DNA of 44,076 nt from an uncultured Saprospiraceae bacterium (GTDB lineage Bacteria; Bacteroidota; Bacteroidia; Chitinophagales; Saprospiraceae). Numbering within the stretch: the stretch's first letter is position 1; each line of letters begins with the position of its first letter. This document shows, in pieces, positions 19,523 through 30,108 of this stretch. The notes beneath the pieces were generated by a model. It saw nothing but the letters and a program-made list of their open reading frames with translations. It was not told the origin of the DNA and ran no database searches. Position numbers and translations under genes: made by a program. The stretch covers positions 1 through 44,076 of the forward strand of contig CAZFBU010000012.1 in NCBI GenBank assembly GCA_964517175.1. The letters run 5' to 3'.

Positions 19523-20367
19523 ATGTTGGCGTCTTTTTGGATGAAAACTCCATCTTCGTTGGGCAAAATTGCCTGAAAAAGTATCTTGAATTCGTCAAAA
19601 TTATTGCCGAATACGAGTGGCGACAGGTTGAAGTAAATCTTGCTCCAGGTGGCGCCTGGCAAAAAGCCCGGATCAAAAATGGGGGTACCGGGTACACCGT
19701 TCCGAAAGCCTTGCACACCAAAAACGACGATGACATCCGAGCGGAAGTCCACCTCCAGATAAGCCACAAAGCCACGGGTGGTCAGGTCCCGGTAGGCATT
19801 GAGCGTTGCCAGTTCTACCAGCGGGTTGTCTTCGTTCAGTTGAACGTAAGCGGAATTGCCTTCCAACCCGCCTTCGCTCACGATCTGAACGCGATTGGCG
19901 GTAGTGCCGGCGCGCAGATCCTGAAAAATATGACTGTCTTCGGTTTCAAACTGCTCAATAAACGCAAAGCGCGTATTGTCTCGGTAGCCAATGATCGGGC
20001 GGAGGGTATCCACTTCGTTGGGGCGGAGTTCTAGCTGCACTTCATAATCATCGTAAAAAGGGTAAATCTCCGGCGTGGCGCTAATGCCGTTATCTTTGAT
20101 GCCGGCGCTCAGCGTAAGGGTACGCATACCCGACTCCAGGATCGGAATGAGCGCAGGCAGGGTGTAGGCGCCCAGAAAATTGCCATTCACGCTAAGCCAT
20201 ACTTCCTCAATTTTGCTGGAATTCGTGCCCTCGCTTCGACTATCGGTATTCACCTGAAACGACTCTACATAAACATACGCAGGAATATCCTCGGCTGGAT
20301 TGATAATATCACACGCAGCCAAAACTACGAAAAGCCCGAAGGTGAGTGTATAGCAGATAGTTTTCAT
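19489..20367 (-). CDS. Hypothetical lipoprotein.
   Basis: Lipobox MKTICYTLTFGLFVVLAAC. It lies between the Gfo/Idh/MocA and sugar-transferase genes on the same strand. Confidence 0.55.
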   Translation of the reverse strand: MKTICYTLTFGLFVVLAACDIINPAEDIPAYVYVESFQVNTDSRSEGTNSSKIEEVWLSVNGNFLGAYTLPALIPILESGMRTLTLSAGIKDNGISATPEIYPFYDDYEVQLELRPNEVDTLRPIIGYRDNTRFAFIEQFETEDSHIFQDLRAGTTANRVQIVSEGGLEGNSAYVQLNEDNPLVELATLNAYRDLTTRGFVAYLEVDFRSDVIVVFGVQGFRNGVPGTPIFDPGFLPGATWSKIYFNLSPLVFGNNFDEFKILFQAILPNEDGVFIQKDANIWLDNIKLVHF

Positions 20368-20406
20368 TCAAATTCAATAATTCGTAATATTGCCTTTCCC
20401 GATCAC

Positions 20407-21408
20407 TTACCCCAGCACCGCCATCCGCTTCTCAATCTCTTCGATGATGTCATGCGCAACCTTCAGTGCCGCGTAGCCATCTTCGATCGGCACCCTCGGT
20501 GTTTTATTTTCCATAATGCTTTGCGCAAAGGTTTCCAATTCCATTTTTATAGAATTAACCGGCTCAATTTCCGGCATATACGCATGAATGAGTTTCTTAC
20601 CGCGATTGGTTTCCAATTCCATCATACCGGCATCCGGAGGCAAGTTGGGCGCATTTTCATCGAATAGCCGCACGATTTGCGCCTGCTTGTCCAGGAAATC
20701 GAGGCTGATGTACGCGTCGCGCTGGAACAGGCGCACCTTGCGCATCTGCTTGAGCGAAATGCGACTTGCCGTCAAATTCGCCACGCAGCCATTCTCAAAT
20801 TCGATGCGGGCATTGGCAATATCCGGCGTGTCGCTGGCCACTGCTACACCGCTGGCGCTGATGAATTTCACCGGCGACTTCACCATGCTCAGCACGATGT
20901 CCAGATCGTGGATCATCAAATCCAGAATGACGGAAACGTCCGTGCCACGGGGATTGAACACCGCCAGGCGGTGCGCTTCGATGAACATAGGGTCGAGCGC
21001 CATATCTTCCAGTGCGAGCAGCGCGGGATTAAAGCGCTCCACGTGCCCAACCTGCACTTTTACGCCGTGCTTTTTGGTCAATTCCACCAGTTCCATTGCC
21101 TCCGCAATGGTGCGGGTGAGCGGCTTTTCGATGAAAATATGCTTCCCGGCTTCAATGGCTTGCTTCGCTACATCGTAGTGCGTCGTCGTCGGCGTGACGA
21201 TATCGACCACATCCACAGCGGCGAATAAATCTTCCAGTTTTTCAAAACGAGGTATGCCGTGGGTTTCCATTGCCTGCTGCGCTGCTTTATCATTGGGATC
21301 GTAAAAACCGACGAGTTCGTAAGATTCTGGTGCGAGTTGGATACACTTGAGGTGAATTTTTCCCAGGTGTCCGGTTCCTAAAACCCCGATTTTCAGCATT
21401 TTGCACAA
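20407..21408 (-). CDS. Gfo/Idh/MocA family NAD(P)-dependent oxidoreductase, probably a sugar/nucleotide-sugar dehydrogenase.
   Basis: N-terminal Rossmann KIGVLGTGHLGKIH, the EKP motif (IFIEKPL), and a C-terminal alpha/beta domain. Confidence 0.85.
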   Translation of the reverse strand: MCKMLKIGVLGTGHLGKIHLKCIQLAPESYELVGFYDPNDKAAQQAMETHGIPRFEKLEDLFAAVDVVDIVTPTTTHYDVAKQAIEAGKHIFIEKPLTRTIAEAMELVELTKKHGVKVQVGHVERFNPALLALEDMALDPMFIEAHRLAVFNPRGTDVSVILDLMIHDLDIVLSMVKSPVKFISASGVAVASDTPDIANARIEFENGCVANLTASRISLKQMRKVRLFQRDAYISLDFLDKQAQIVRLFDENAPNLPPDAGMMELETNRGKKLIHAYMPEIEPVNSIKMELETFAQSIMENKTPRVPIEDGYAALKVAHDIIEEIEKRMAVLG

Positions 21409-21527
21409 ATTTAAACGTCACAAAATCAATGGAATAGCTTTGAAATGTCAAATATTGGCAAAAATAATGGAAAAACCTGAGAAAATGGTGCGGAAGGAGA
21501 AAATTGGTTGGAAAGATGACAAAAGTT

Positions 21528-21598
21528 GCTGAAGGGTTAATTGGCTGAAGGGTTGAAAGCACGGTGTTTCTAAACTTTTCAACCCTTCAACTTTTCAA
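21528..21598. promoter_or_regulatory. Hairpin of about 13 bp (gaagggttgaaag / ctttTcaacccttc). Each arm is duplicated as a direct repeat (gctgaagggtt x2 and cttttcaac x2), so alternative pairings are possible. It lies in the gyrB 3' / oxidoreductase 5' region.
   Basis: Read from the sequence. There is no clean U-run on either side, so terminator assignment is uncertain. Confidence 0.35.
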
Positions 21599-21605
21599 CG
21601 CAAAC

Positions 21606-23627
<2,022 letters not shown>

Positions 23628-23799
23628 TTACATATAGCTAGCGTTAAAGAAACGCAAAAATAACGCGGAAAGTTGCGTGGCCATTTTTTTGTTAGAAATT
23701 GGCGGGTACTTCCTGCCGAAAGGTGGCAAAACCTGATAAAACAGACGGGATATACTGGTCAGAAGAATCTTCCGACGTAAGCATATCCCGTCTGAAGCG

Positions 23800-25245
23800 C
23801 TAAGATTTTCTATCTGCATCCGCGCTGTGCCCATTCTTTGATGATTGTTCCTGCTCTTCCGCCTCAGGTGCCTGCGCCTGGCCCAGGTAGCCCGGCAGAT
23901 CCATGCCAGCCATGTCGAACAAATCCTTCATTGGGGGCACCGCCTTGTACATGTTCGAGAGGAAATTCGCGGTGGAATTGCCCTCGCCGTTGCCATTGGA
24001 GCCATCCCAGACGGTCACTTTGTCGATCTTGATATTTTTGATCGCTTCGACCTGCATTTTTACCAGATCTTCCAGTTTGTCGGCAATCAGCATCAAAATC
24101 GCATCGCGCGCATTGCCACCAGCCGCCTGTACCAGTTTTTCAAAGCCTTCCGCCTGCTTGGTCATCACTTCGTACAAACCACGGGCTTCGGCTTCCTGCT
24201 TCAGGAAAATAGCATCCGCTTCACCTTTTGCCAGACGTCGCGTCTGCTCGGCTTCCGCGTCGGCTTCAATTTCCAGCTTGCGCTTGTCGATCTCTGCCTG
24301 TACGATGATGTCGGCTTCCTTGGTTGCCAATTCGCGCTTGGAGCGGGCATGCTCGGCTTCCTGTTCGGCGAGATAAGCTTCCTCCAGGGCTTTCGCTGCC
24401 TGAATTTTTTCAGCCGCGGTCGCCATGCGCAGGTATTCGGCTTCCTTTTGGCGACGCTCGGCATCGGAAAGCGCGATTTTTACCTGCGCCTCATTCTCCC
24501 CATCGATGGACTTGGCGTTCGCTTCGGCTTCCCCGACTTTTGCATCCGCTTCGGCGCTGGAAACCTGAATGCGCTGATCCTTCCGGGCATTGGCTTCCCC
24601 GATCGAACCATCGCGGTTTTTCTCGGCTACACTCTGTTTTGCATCGTTGATGGCTTTGGCGGCAGCTTCCTTGCCCAGCGCTTCGATGTAGCCGGACTCG
24701 TCCTGAATGTCCGTGACATTCACGTTGATCAAAACCAGACCAATTTTGCGCAATTCGGCACCCACATTCGTAGCCACATTCGATAGAAACTTATCGCGAT
24801 CGGAATTGATTTCCTCGATATCCATCGTAGCGACGACCAAACGCAACTGCCCGAAAATGATGTCCTTTGCGATGTCGCGAATTTCTTCGCGGCTCTTGCC
24901 CAGCAGGCGCTCCGCCGCATTCAGCATGATACCTTCCTGATTGGAAATACCCACCGTAAAGCGGGAAGGAACATTCACGCGGATGTTTTGCTTACTCAGC
25001 GCGCCGCGCAGATCGACATCGATGGAAATGGGTGTGAGATCGAGGTATTCATAAGCCTGAATGACCGGCCATACGAATGCCGCACCGCCCGCCAGGCACT
25101 TCGCCGAGCCACCGCCGCTGGTGCGTCCGTAGATTACGAGAATCTTATCGGAAGGGCATCGCTTGTAGCGGGAAATAAAGAAAACGAGCAATAAAAACAG
25201 CAGAAAAATTAATCCGCCAACAATTAAGATAATTGGTTCTGTCAT
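23800..25245 (-). CDS. Flotillin-like SPFH/band-7 protein (YqiK/FloT-type).
   Basis: N-terminal TM, SPFH domain, then a long Ala/Glu-rich flotillin coiled-coil region. It immediately follows the NfeD gene on the same strand. Confidence 0.85.
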   Translation of the reverse strand: MTEPIILIVGGLIFLLFLLLVFFISRYKRCPSDKILVIYGRTSGGGSAKCLAGGAAFVWPVIQAYEYLDLTPISIDVDLRGALSKQNIRVNVPSRFTVGISNQEGIMLNAAERLLGKSREEIRDIAKDIIFGQLRLVVATMDIEEINSDRDKFLSNVATNVGAELRKIGLVLINVNVTDIQDESGYIEALGKEAAAKAINDAKQSVAEKNRDGSIGEANARKDQRIQVSSAEADAKVGEAEANAKSIDGENEAQVKIALSDAERRQKEAEYLRMATAAEKIQAAKALEEAYLAEQEAEHARSKRELATKEADIIVQAEIDKRKLEIEADAEAEQTRRLAKGEADAIFLKQEAEARGLYEVMTKQAEGFEKLVQAAGGNARDAILMLIADKLEDLVKMQVEAIKNIKIDKVTVWDGSNGNGEGNSTANFLSNMYKAVPPMKDLFDMAGMDLPGYLGQAQAPEAEEQEQSSKNGHSADADRKS

Positions 25246-25293
25246 AATTCGAATTTTTTCTCAGGGTTTAAAAAAATCAGGAGTTCTCCATAT

Positions 25294-25917
25294 TCATGCC
25301 GGTTCTTCCGATTTCAATCGTTCGACCAGTAAGATATCTTCTTTCAATACATCGGTAATGACGACCCTTGTGCCAGTTGCAATCACTTCGTTGGCATCGG
25401 TAATGGCGTCCATTTCGCGAAGCGAGCCGCCCAGTTCAAAATGTACTTTGCCTTGTCCGCTACGCCCGGCGGGAATGGGGAGATATACTTCGCCATGTTT
25501 GTAAATGGCTTCATATACGTTCACATTGCCTTCCCTGGTCAATTTGGAAAACCAATACAGCGTGTACGCTACCAGCACCAGCGCCGCGCCGCCGGAGACC
25601 ATTGCAAATGCAACGGCTACATAGACGTTCGCACCGGCCCGCAGTGCCAGCACCCCCGCCCACCCGAAGAAGGTGAAAAACGCAATGATGCTGCGCATCG
25701 AGAACAGCGCAAAGTCGCCGTCCAAATGAAAATCACCGCCCGCGTCCGCATCGACGTCCGTACTTACATCAACGTCCACGTCGCTGTCAAAGCCGAAAAA
25801 CAAACTGACGATAAATTGAAATACAAACAATACACTGGAAATCAGTGCAATGCTCCAGAATATTTGCTCGGCGCTACTCAATGTATTCCACCAGTCACTT
25901 ACCGAAATGAATGTCAT
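25294..25917 (-). CDS. NfeD-like membrane protein (YqiJ-type), the flotillin partner.
   Basis: Multi-TM N-terminus plus a C-terminal OB-fold-like beta domain. Position directly upstream of the flotillin. The ORF was trimmed from 267 aa to start at ATG 25917 (MTFISVSDWW...). Confidence 0.7.
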   Translation of the reverse strand: MTFISVSDWWNTLSSAEQIFWSIALISSVLFVFQFIVSLFFGFDSDVDVDVSTDVDADAGGDFHLDGDFALFSMRSIIAFFTFFGWAGVLALRAGANVYVAVAFAMVSGGAALVLVAYTLYWFSKLTREGNVNVYEAIYKHGEVYLPIPAGRSGQGKVHFELGGSLREMDAITDANEVIATGTRVVITDVLKEDILLVERLKSEEPA

Positions 25918-26113
25918 AAAATTTAATTTTTGAATACATTTAAAAATACAATAAAAATTTCCAAAAACACGAAAAACCTCGACCAGAATTGTGTAAAATT
26001 CGGCGAAAATCAGTACGATTGTAACATAAATAAAACCTTGCGGCAGATGGACAATCAAGGCAGTGCAGCAGGCGTTATCATCCGTAAAGTTTTCCAAAAC
26101 TCAATACACCGAA

Positions 26114-26890
26114 ATGAAAACCAAACTATTGTTGCTGATTACTTTTGCGCTGTGCCTGGCAGGTTGCAATGCTCAAAAGAAGAAAATGGATACCCCTTCG
26201 ACAGAAGCCCAGGAAATGGGGAAAGACAAGAAAGCCGACTTTGCAGCCTTTGGCAACGAGCCGTTCTGGAATCTGGAAATCACTTTCGGCGAGACCATGA
26301 CGTTCAAATCGCTGAACGAACCCGCCGAACTAACGGTGCCGGTGCCGCCTGCCAGCAGTAAGGACGGCAGCACGCTCCAATTCAACGTTGGCACAGAGGA
26401 CGGTGCCATTCAGGTGACCATTCTGCGCGAAGATTGCCAGGACTCTATGTCGGGCGAAGCATTTACCCATCGCGTTCGGGTGGCTGTTAAAGACAACAAA
26501 ATGGACGGTTTCGAGCAAATCAACGGCTGCGGTCGCTACCAGGGGCATTATCGGCTGAATGATGCCTGGGCGCTCATCAGCATAGACGGCAAAGCAATAG
26601 ACTCCGCGAACTTTCCGAACGAAATGCCCAACCTCGAATTGCAACTGGTAACCAGAAAAGTACTTGGCTTTGCTGGTTGCAACCGCTTCAGCGGCGCGCT
26701 GGAATTTACAGCGGAAAGCATCTCCTTTGGCGCACTGATATCCACCAAGATGGCTTGCCCACAGTTGGATGTCGAAGATCGTCTGATGCGCGCGCTATCC
26801 ATGCAATCGTTTGATTATCAGTTTTCCGATACGGAATTAACCCTCCAAAGTGACGATCATACGCTGGTTTTTGGTAAAATAAAGCAGTAG
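26114..26890 (+). CDS. Lipoprotein with a C-terminal META (HslJ-like, DUF306) domain.
   Basis: Lipobox LLLLITFALCLAGC. The META-domain signature GFAGCNRFSGALEF...TKMACP. Confidence 0.6.
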   Translation: MKTKLLLLITFALCLAGCNAQKKKMDTPSTEAQEMGKDKKADFAAFGNEPFWNLEITFGETMTFKSLNEPAELTVPVPPASSKDGSTLQFNVGTEDGAIQVTILREDCQDSMSGEAFTHRVRVAVKDNKMDGFEQINGCGRYQGHYRLNDAWALISIDGKAIDSANFPNEMPNLELQLVTRKVLGFAGCNRFSGALEFTAESISFGALISTKMACPQLDVEDRLMRALSMQSFDYQFSDTELTLQSDDHTLVFGKIKQ

Positions 26891-26895
26891 GGTAT

Positions 26896-28365
26896 TCACC
26901 AGACCGGACATTTTACATTGCCTCTCCCACGCCCGCGAGCGCCTTTGTCGTTGTTCGTACTGCTAGCGGTTTGGAATGGATTCAATTTTACAGCGATATA
27001 GAAATCGGTGCTGTTGAACTGCTCCTGCTGCCGAAAGATGCTGGCAAAATCTTCCGTTCCGAAGTAGAAGAAACCAAGCCGGGCGCTGGCGCCGATGCGA
27101 AAGTGCGTCCAGTCGAGCAGAGAAACCGGCACGGCCAGTTCCAGCCAACGGCTTTCGAAGCGTGGCGTGAGGGCGGCAATACTGTTTCGCCGGATGGAAA
27201 TACGACTAACCGGCACGGCTTGCACGATGGTCGCATTTACAAAAAGAGAAGGCAACAGCGCCAGATCGGCTTGCAGGCTGAGCGCCGTTGGCAACTGCAT
27301 AGCAAAGGCATCATTCACCAGGGAGGCGTCGGTGTCTTCCAGTATCTGACGGCTAAAAACCTGCAGAATGGAGTCGAGATCGCCGGGGTCGGTGAATTCA
27401 TTGTAATCATCGAGCGCCATGTCCCGAATATCGGCGGTGCGAATGGCGTGTTTTTGGGCTGCCTGGTTGAATCGCACTGCCCCCAGGTCCAGTATGGAAG
27501 CGCCAATTTTCCAGCGATAGGGCAAATCTGCATTGTCGCTGACCGTATATACCACGCCCAGGTCGAGTCCGAAGCCGCCGCCATTGCGCTGCAGGCTCCA
27601 GGTTTCACTATCCAGACCGGTAGAGGCAAAGCCATAGTTGAAGTCAACGGCTGTGCCCTGCAGGCGGTTATCGCGCAGTTGGGTGAGTTCAAAGCGGCGG
27701 TTATTGCGAATGTAAACCGCTTCATAGCCTTGCAAAAATTTGAGCGAAGCGCCAAAGCTAAGCGCACCATCACTGGTAAGCCCGTGGTAAGCGTAGTTCA
27801 GCCCCACTTCCGACCAGGCGAGCGCACTTCCGCTGGCCGGGTCAATCTCGATAGCCGTTTCAAAAGGCTGGCTGTTGTACTCATAATACCCCAGCGAAGC
27901 CGGAATTTCGAATGTATTCAAAAAGGCCCGCGCGCGCGTAAAAAGCCCGACGCTGTGCGCATCGCCAATCCGCAGCGCCAGGGAAGGTCCCATGGCATTT
28001 ACAAGAAAACCGGCGTGGCTGGTGCTGTTGGCATCGATGCGGTAGAAATCCAGGATCAGGCTATTGATGGGAGCGGTTGTGTTATCAGCCTCCAGCAAGG
28101 GGCGCAGTTCGAGGTTGTCCGGCGCGTTCAGGAGGTCGAGTAAGCGAAAATTTTCAAGAAAAGTGTAGTTGTTTTCAAAGAAAAAGCCGGCTCCGAGCAG
28201 GTTGGCATCCCAGGCAAAGGGCATGGTCTGGCTATTGGCAGGATTGAGCAGGAGGCTGTTTACGCCACCAAAATTGCTGGTGCGAATGCCCAGTTGTTCC
28301 TGCGCGGTCAAGTTTGTGCCAGGAAAGAAAATAATCGTTATTAGCAGCAGTATCCATCGTCTCAT
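26896..28365 (-). CDS. Hypothetical outer-membrane beta-barrel-like protein with a signal peptide.
   Basis: Signal MRRWILLLITIIFFPGTNLTAQ. Composition is rich in aromatic, Gly and Asn/Ser/Thr residues. I could not assign a family. Confidence 0.5.
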   Translation of the reverse strand: MRRWILLLITIIFFPGTNLTAQEQLGIRTSNFGGVNSLLLNPANSQTMPFAWDANLLGAGFFFENNYTFLENFRLLDLLNAPDNLELRPLLEADNTTAPINSLILDFYRIDANSTSHAGFLVNAMGPSLALRIGDAHSVGLFTRARAFLNTFEIPASLGYYEYNSQPFETAIEIDPASGSALAWSEVGLNYAYHGLTSDGALSFGASLKFLQGYEAVYIRNNRRFELTQLRDNRLQGTAVDFNYGFASTGLDSETWSLQRNGGGFGLDLGVVYTVSDNADLPYRWKIGASILDLGAVRFNQAAQKHAIRTADIRDMALDDYNEFTDPGDLDSILQVFSRQILEDTDASLVNDAFAMQLPTALSLQADLALLPSLFVNATIVQAVPVSRISIRRNSIAALTPRFESRWLELAVPVSLLDWTHFRIGASARLGFFYFGTEDFASIFRQQEQFNSTDFYIAVKLNPFQTASSTNNDKGARGRGRGNVKCPVW

Positions 28366-28593
28366 GTAAATATTGTTTCTGGTGTGCATCATACACAACG
28401 ACATTTGCCAGCCAAATATGACGCACCTTTTTGTTAAGTAACAATCAAATAATAACATCTGGCTTTGTAGCTGTTCTTTTAAGTCCATTCTTCGTTAAAA
28501 AGCCTCGGCGTAGCGCCACTATGCCTACGTTTTTTGCCTCGACTGTCCTTAAAACTCCTAGCTACAAATCGAAGACTTATTATTTGCTTGTCA

Positions 28594-28968
28594 CTAAAAC
28601 AGCAAAGCAATCTTTGGCAAAAAAATAATCCCGGCGACGACTACCGCGCCAATGGCTGCGATGAGCACAGCAGCGGCGGAGGCATCTTTGGCTTTTCCGG
28701 CCAGCGGATGATAGTCCGGTGATACTAAATCGGTCAGGTACTCGAGGGCGGTATTGAAAGCTTCCGCAGCAAAAACAACGGCAATCGCTAGACTGACGAT
28801 GCACCATTCCGCTTCCGACAGCCGGAAGTAAAACCCGGCAACGACCACTCCCACGGCTGCCAGCAAATGAATCCGGGCGTTGGGCTGGCTCCTGAACAAA
28901 TCCCACAAGCCCGCGAAAGCATATTTAAAACTATTGAGACGTTTGTTTAACATCGTTTTTTCGCTCTT
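28594..28968 (-). CDS. dgkA: Diacylglycerol kinase (prokaryotic DgkA family).
   Basis: About 120 aa with 3 TM helices. The conserved A.EA.NTA.E motif (FAAEAFNTALEYL). The start was set at MKSEKTM. Confidence 0.78.
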   Translation of the reverse strand, partial: KSEKTMLNKRLNSFKYAFAGLWDLFRSQPNARIHLLAAVGVVVAGFYFRLSEAEWCIVSLAIAVVFAAEAFNTALEYLTDLVSPDYHPLAGKAKDASAAAVLIAAIGAVVVAGIIFLPKIALLF

Positions 28969-29935
28969 CATCGCCAAACTGATACGTTCCCACAATTCCC
29001 AGGTGGAGCGTGGAAGCGCTGCTTATCGTCTCAAAATTAATACATTCAAAGTGATTGGAGTAAAATATGTGATCGAGGGGTTGATCAAATATGGAAAAAT
29101 AGCCGTGCGGCGAGGTCGGCATGATGCCCCGGCGGCTGTCATTGAGTCTGGTATGCTGGCGAAACACCTGCAAATCACGCGACCAGGACACCATGTGATA
29201 ATCGCCAAATACGAACAACGGCGCTTGTATGCGTTGCAGTTCTTCGGAGAAAAGCATCAGGTTTTCTGTATTCCGGGCATAGGTTTCTTCACTATCCGGC
29301 AAATAGATACAGGAATTAAAAAAATAAAATTCGTAGTCCTCGCCATTCCGCATTGGCAATTTCACCTTGCCGGCTATGCTGGGCGCTTGGGGCGCTTCGA
29401 TCTTGCGCACAAACTCAAAGGCGTGGCGCGAAAAAACGGACATCGCCACCGAGCGTGTGCTATCAACGATTTCCTGATAGTAAGGATAGCCGAAGCAAGT
29501 TATTATTTCGTGAACGTAACTCCGTAAGTCATACGGAATTTCCTGGATGGAAAGGACGTCGGCTTTGGTATCAAGGATGGTTGCCAGTTCTTCATCCAGC
29601 GAAGCTGCATCGGTATTATCCAGAGAGAACTGAGCGATGGACACCAGGTGTTCGCTGGTTTGGTCGGCATTTTTCAGGGGTGTTTTCAGGCGGGCATCCA
29701 ATAGCAGGCAAAGCGCTGCACAAGCGCCAAAACTCAAGGCCATCAGCTTCCGGAAGTCGAAGATAAAGAACAGCAGCCCCGCCATCAGAAAACTCAGCAT
29801 AATGAGCACGGTATGCGCTTCCCACCATTTGAAAAACATGCCGGTCGGCGGATAAAAACAGAGCAACGTACCCAGCGATATTGCAGCGGCAATGAAAAAT
29901 TCAAAAACAAGACTGTACTTTGACTTGAGGGGCAT
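28931..29935 (-). CDS. Endonuclease/exonuclease/phosphatase (EEP) family protein with an N-terminal multi-TM anchor.
   Basis: Three N-terminal TM helices, then EEP motifs (LSIQEI...; ...DHIFYS). It overlaps dgkA on the same strand. Confidence 0.68.
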   Translation of the reverse strand: MPLKSKYSLVFEFFIAAAISLGTLLCFYPPTGMFFKWWEAHTVLIMLSFLMAGLLFFIFDFRKLMALSFGACAALCLLLDARLKTPLKNADQTSEHLVSIAQFSLDNTDAASLDEELATILDTKADVLSIQEIPYDLRSYVHEIITCFGYPYYQEIVDSTRSVAMSVFSRHAFEFVRKIEAPQAPSIAGKVKLPMRNGEDYEFYFFNSCIYLPDSEETYARNTENLMLFSEELQRIQAPLFVFGDYHMVSWSRDLQVFRQHTRLNDSRRGIMPTSPHGYFSIFDQPLDHIFYSNHFECINFETISSASTLHLGIVGTYQFGDEERKNDVKQTSQ

Positions 29936-30108
29936 ATACCTTTCCTTTTAGCTGAAAACCAGTTAAATAAATCTTTAACCAGGGCAAGGTAAGGTCTGTG
30001 AAGAGTTAAAGTTTGTGCGAAATTTTAAACAGAAGTGCGTCTAGTGCTTGTTAAAAAAATTGGGCAATGCAAATATAAACAAATTTAGCTAAAGTCGCAT
30101 ATAAATTT

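Noticed and set aside
23845-24786. 313-aa and 157-aa + ORFs.
   Set aside because: They lie antisense to the flotillin gene, whose Ala/Glu-rich coiled-coil codons leave the opposite strand open.
26971-28143. 390-aa + ORF (MEWIQFYSD...).
   Set aside because: It is antisense to the signal-peptide-bearing OMP-like gene 26896-28365. It has Arg/Gln/Gly-rich composition and no start context. The minus-strand product has a signal peptide and a beta-barrel-like pattern.
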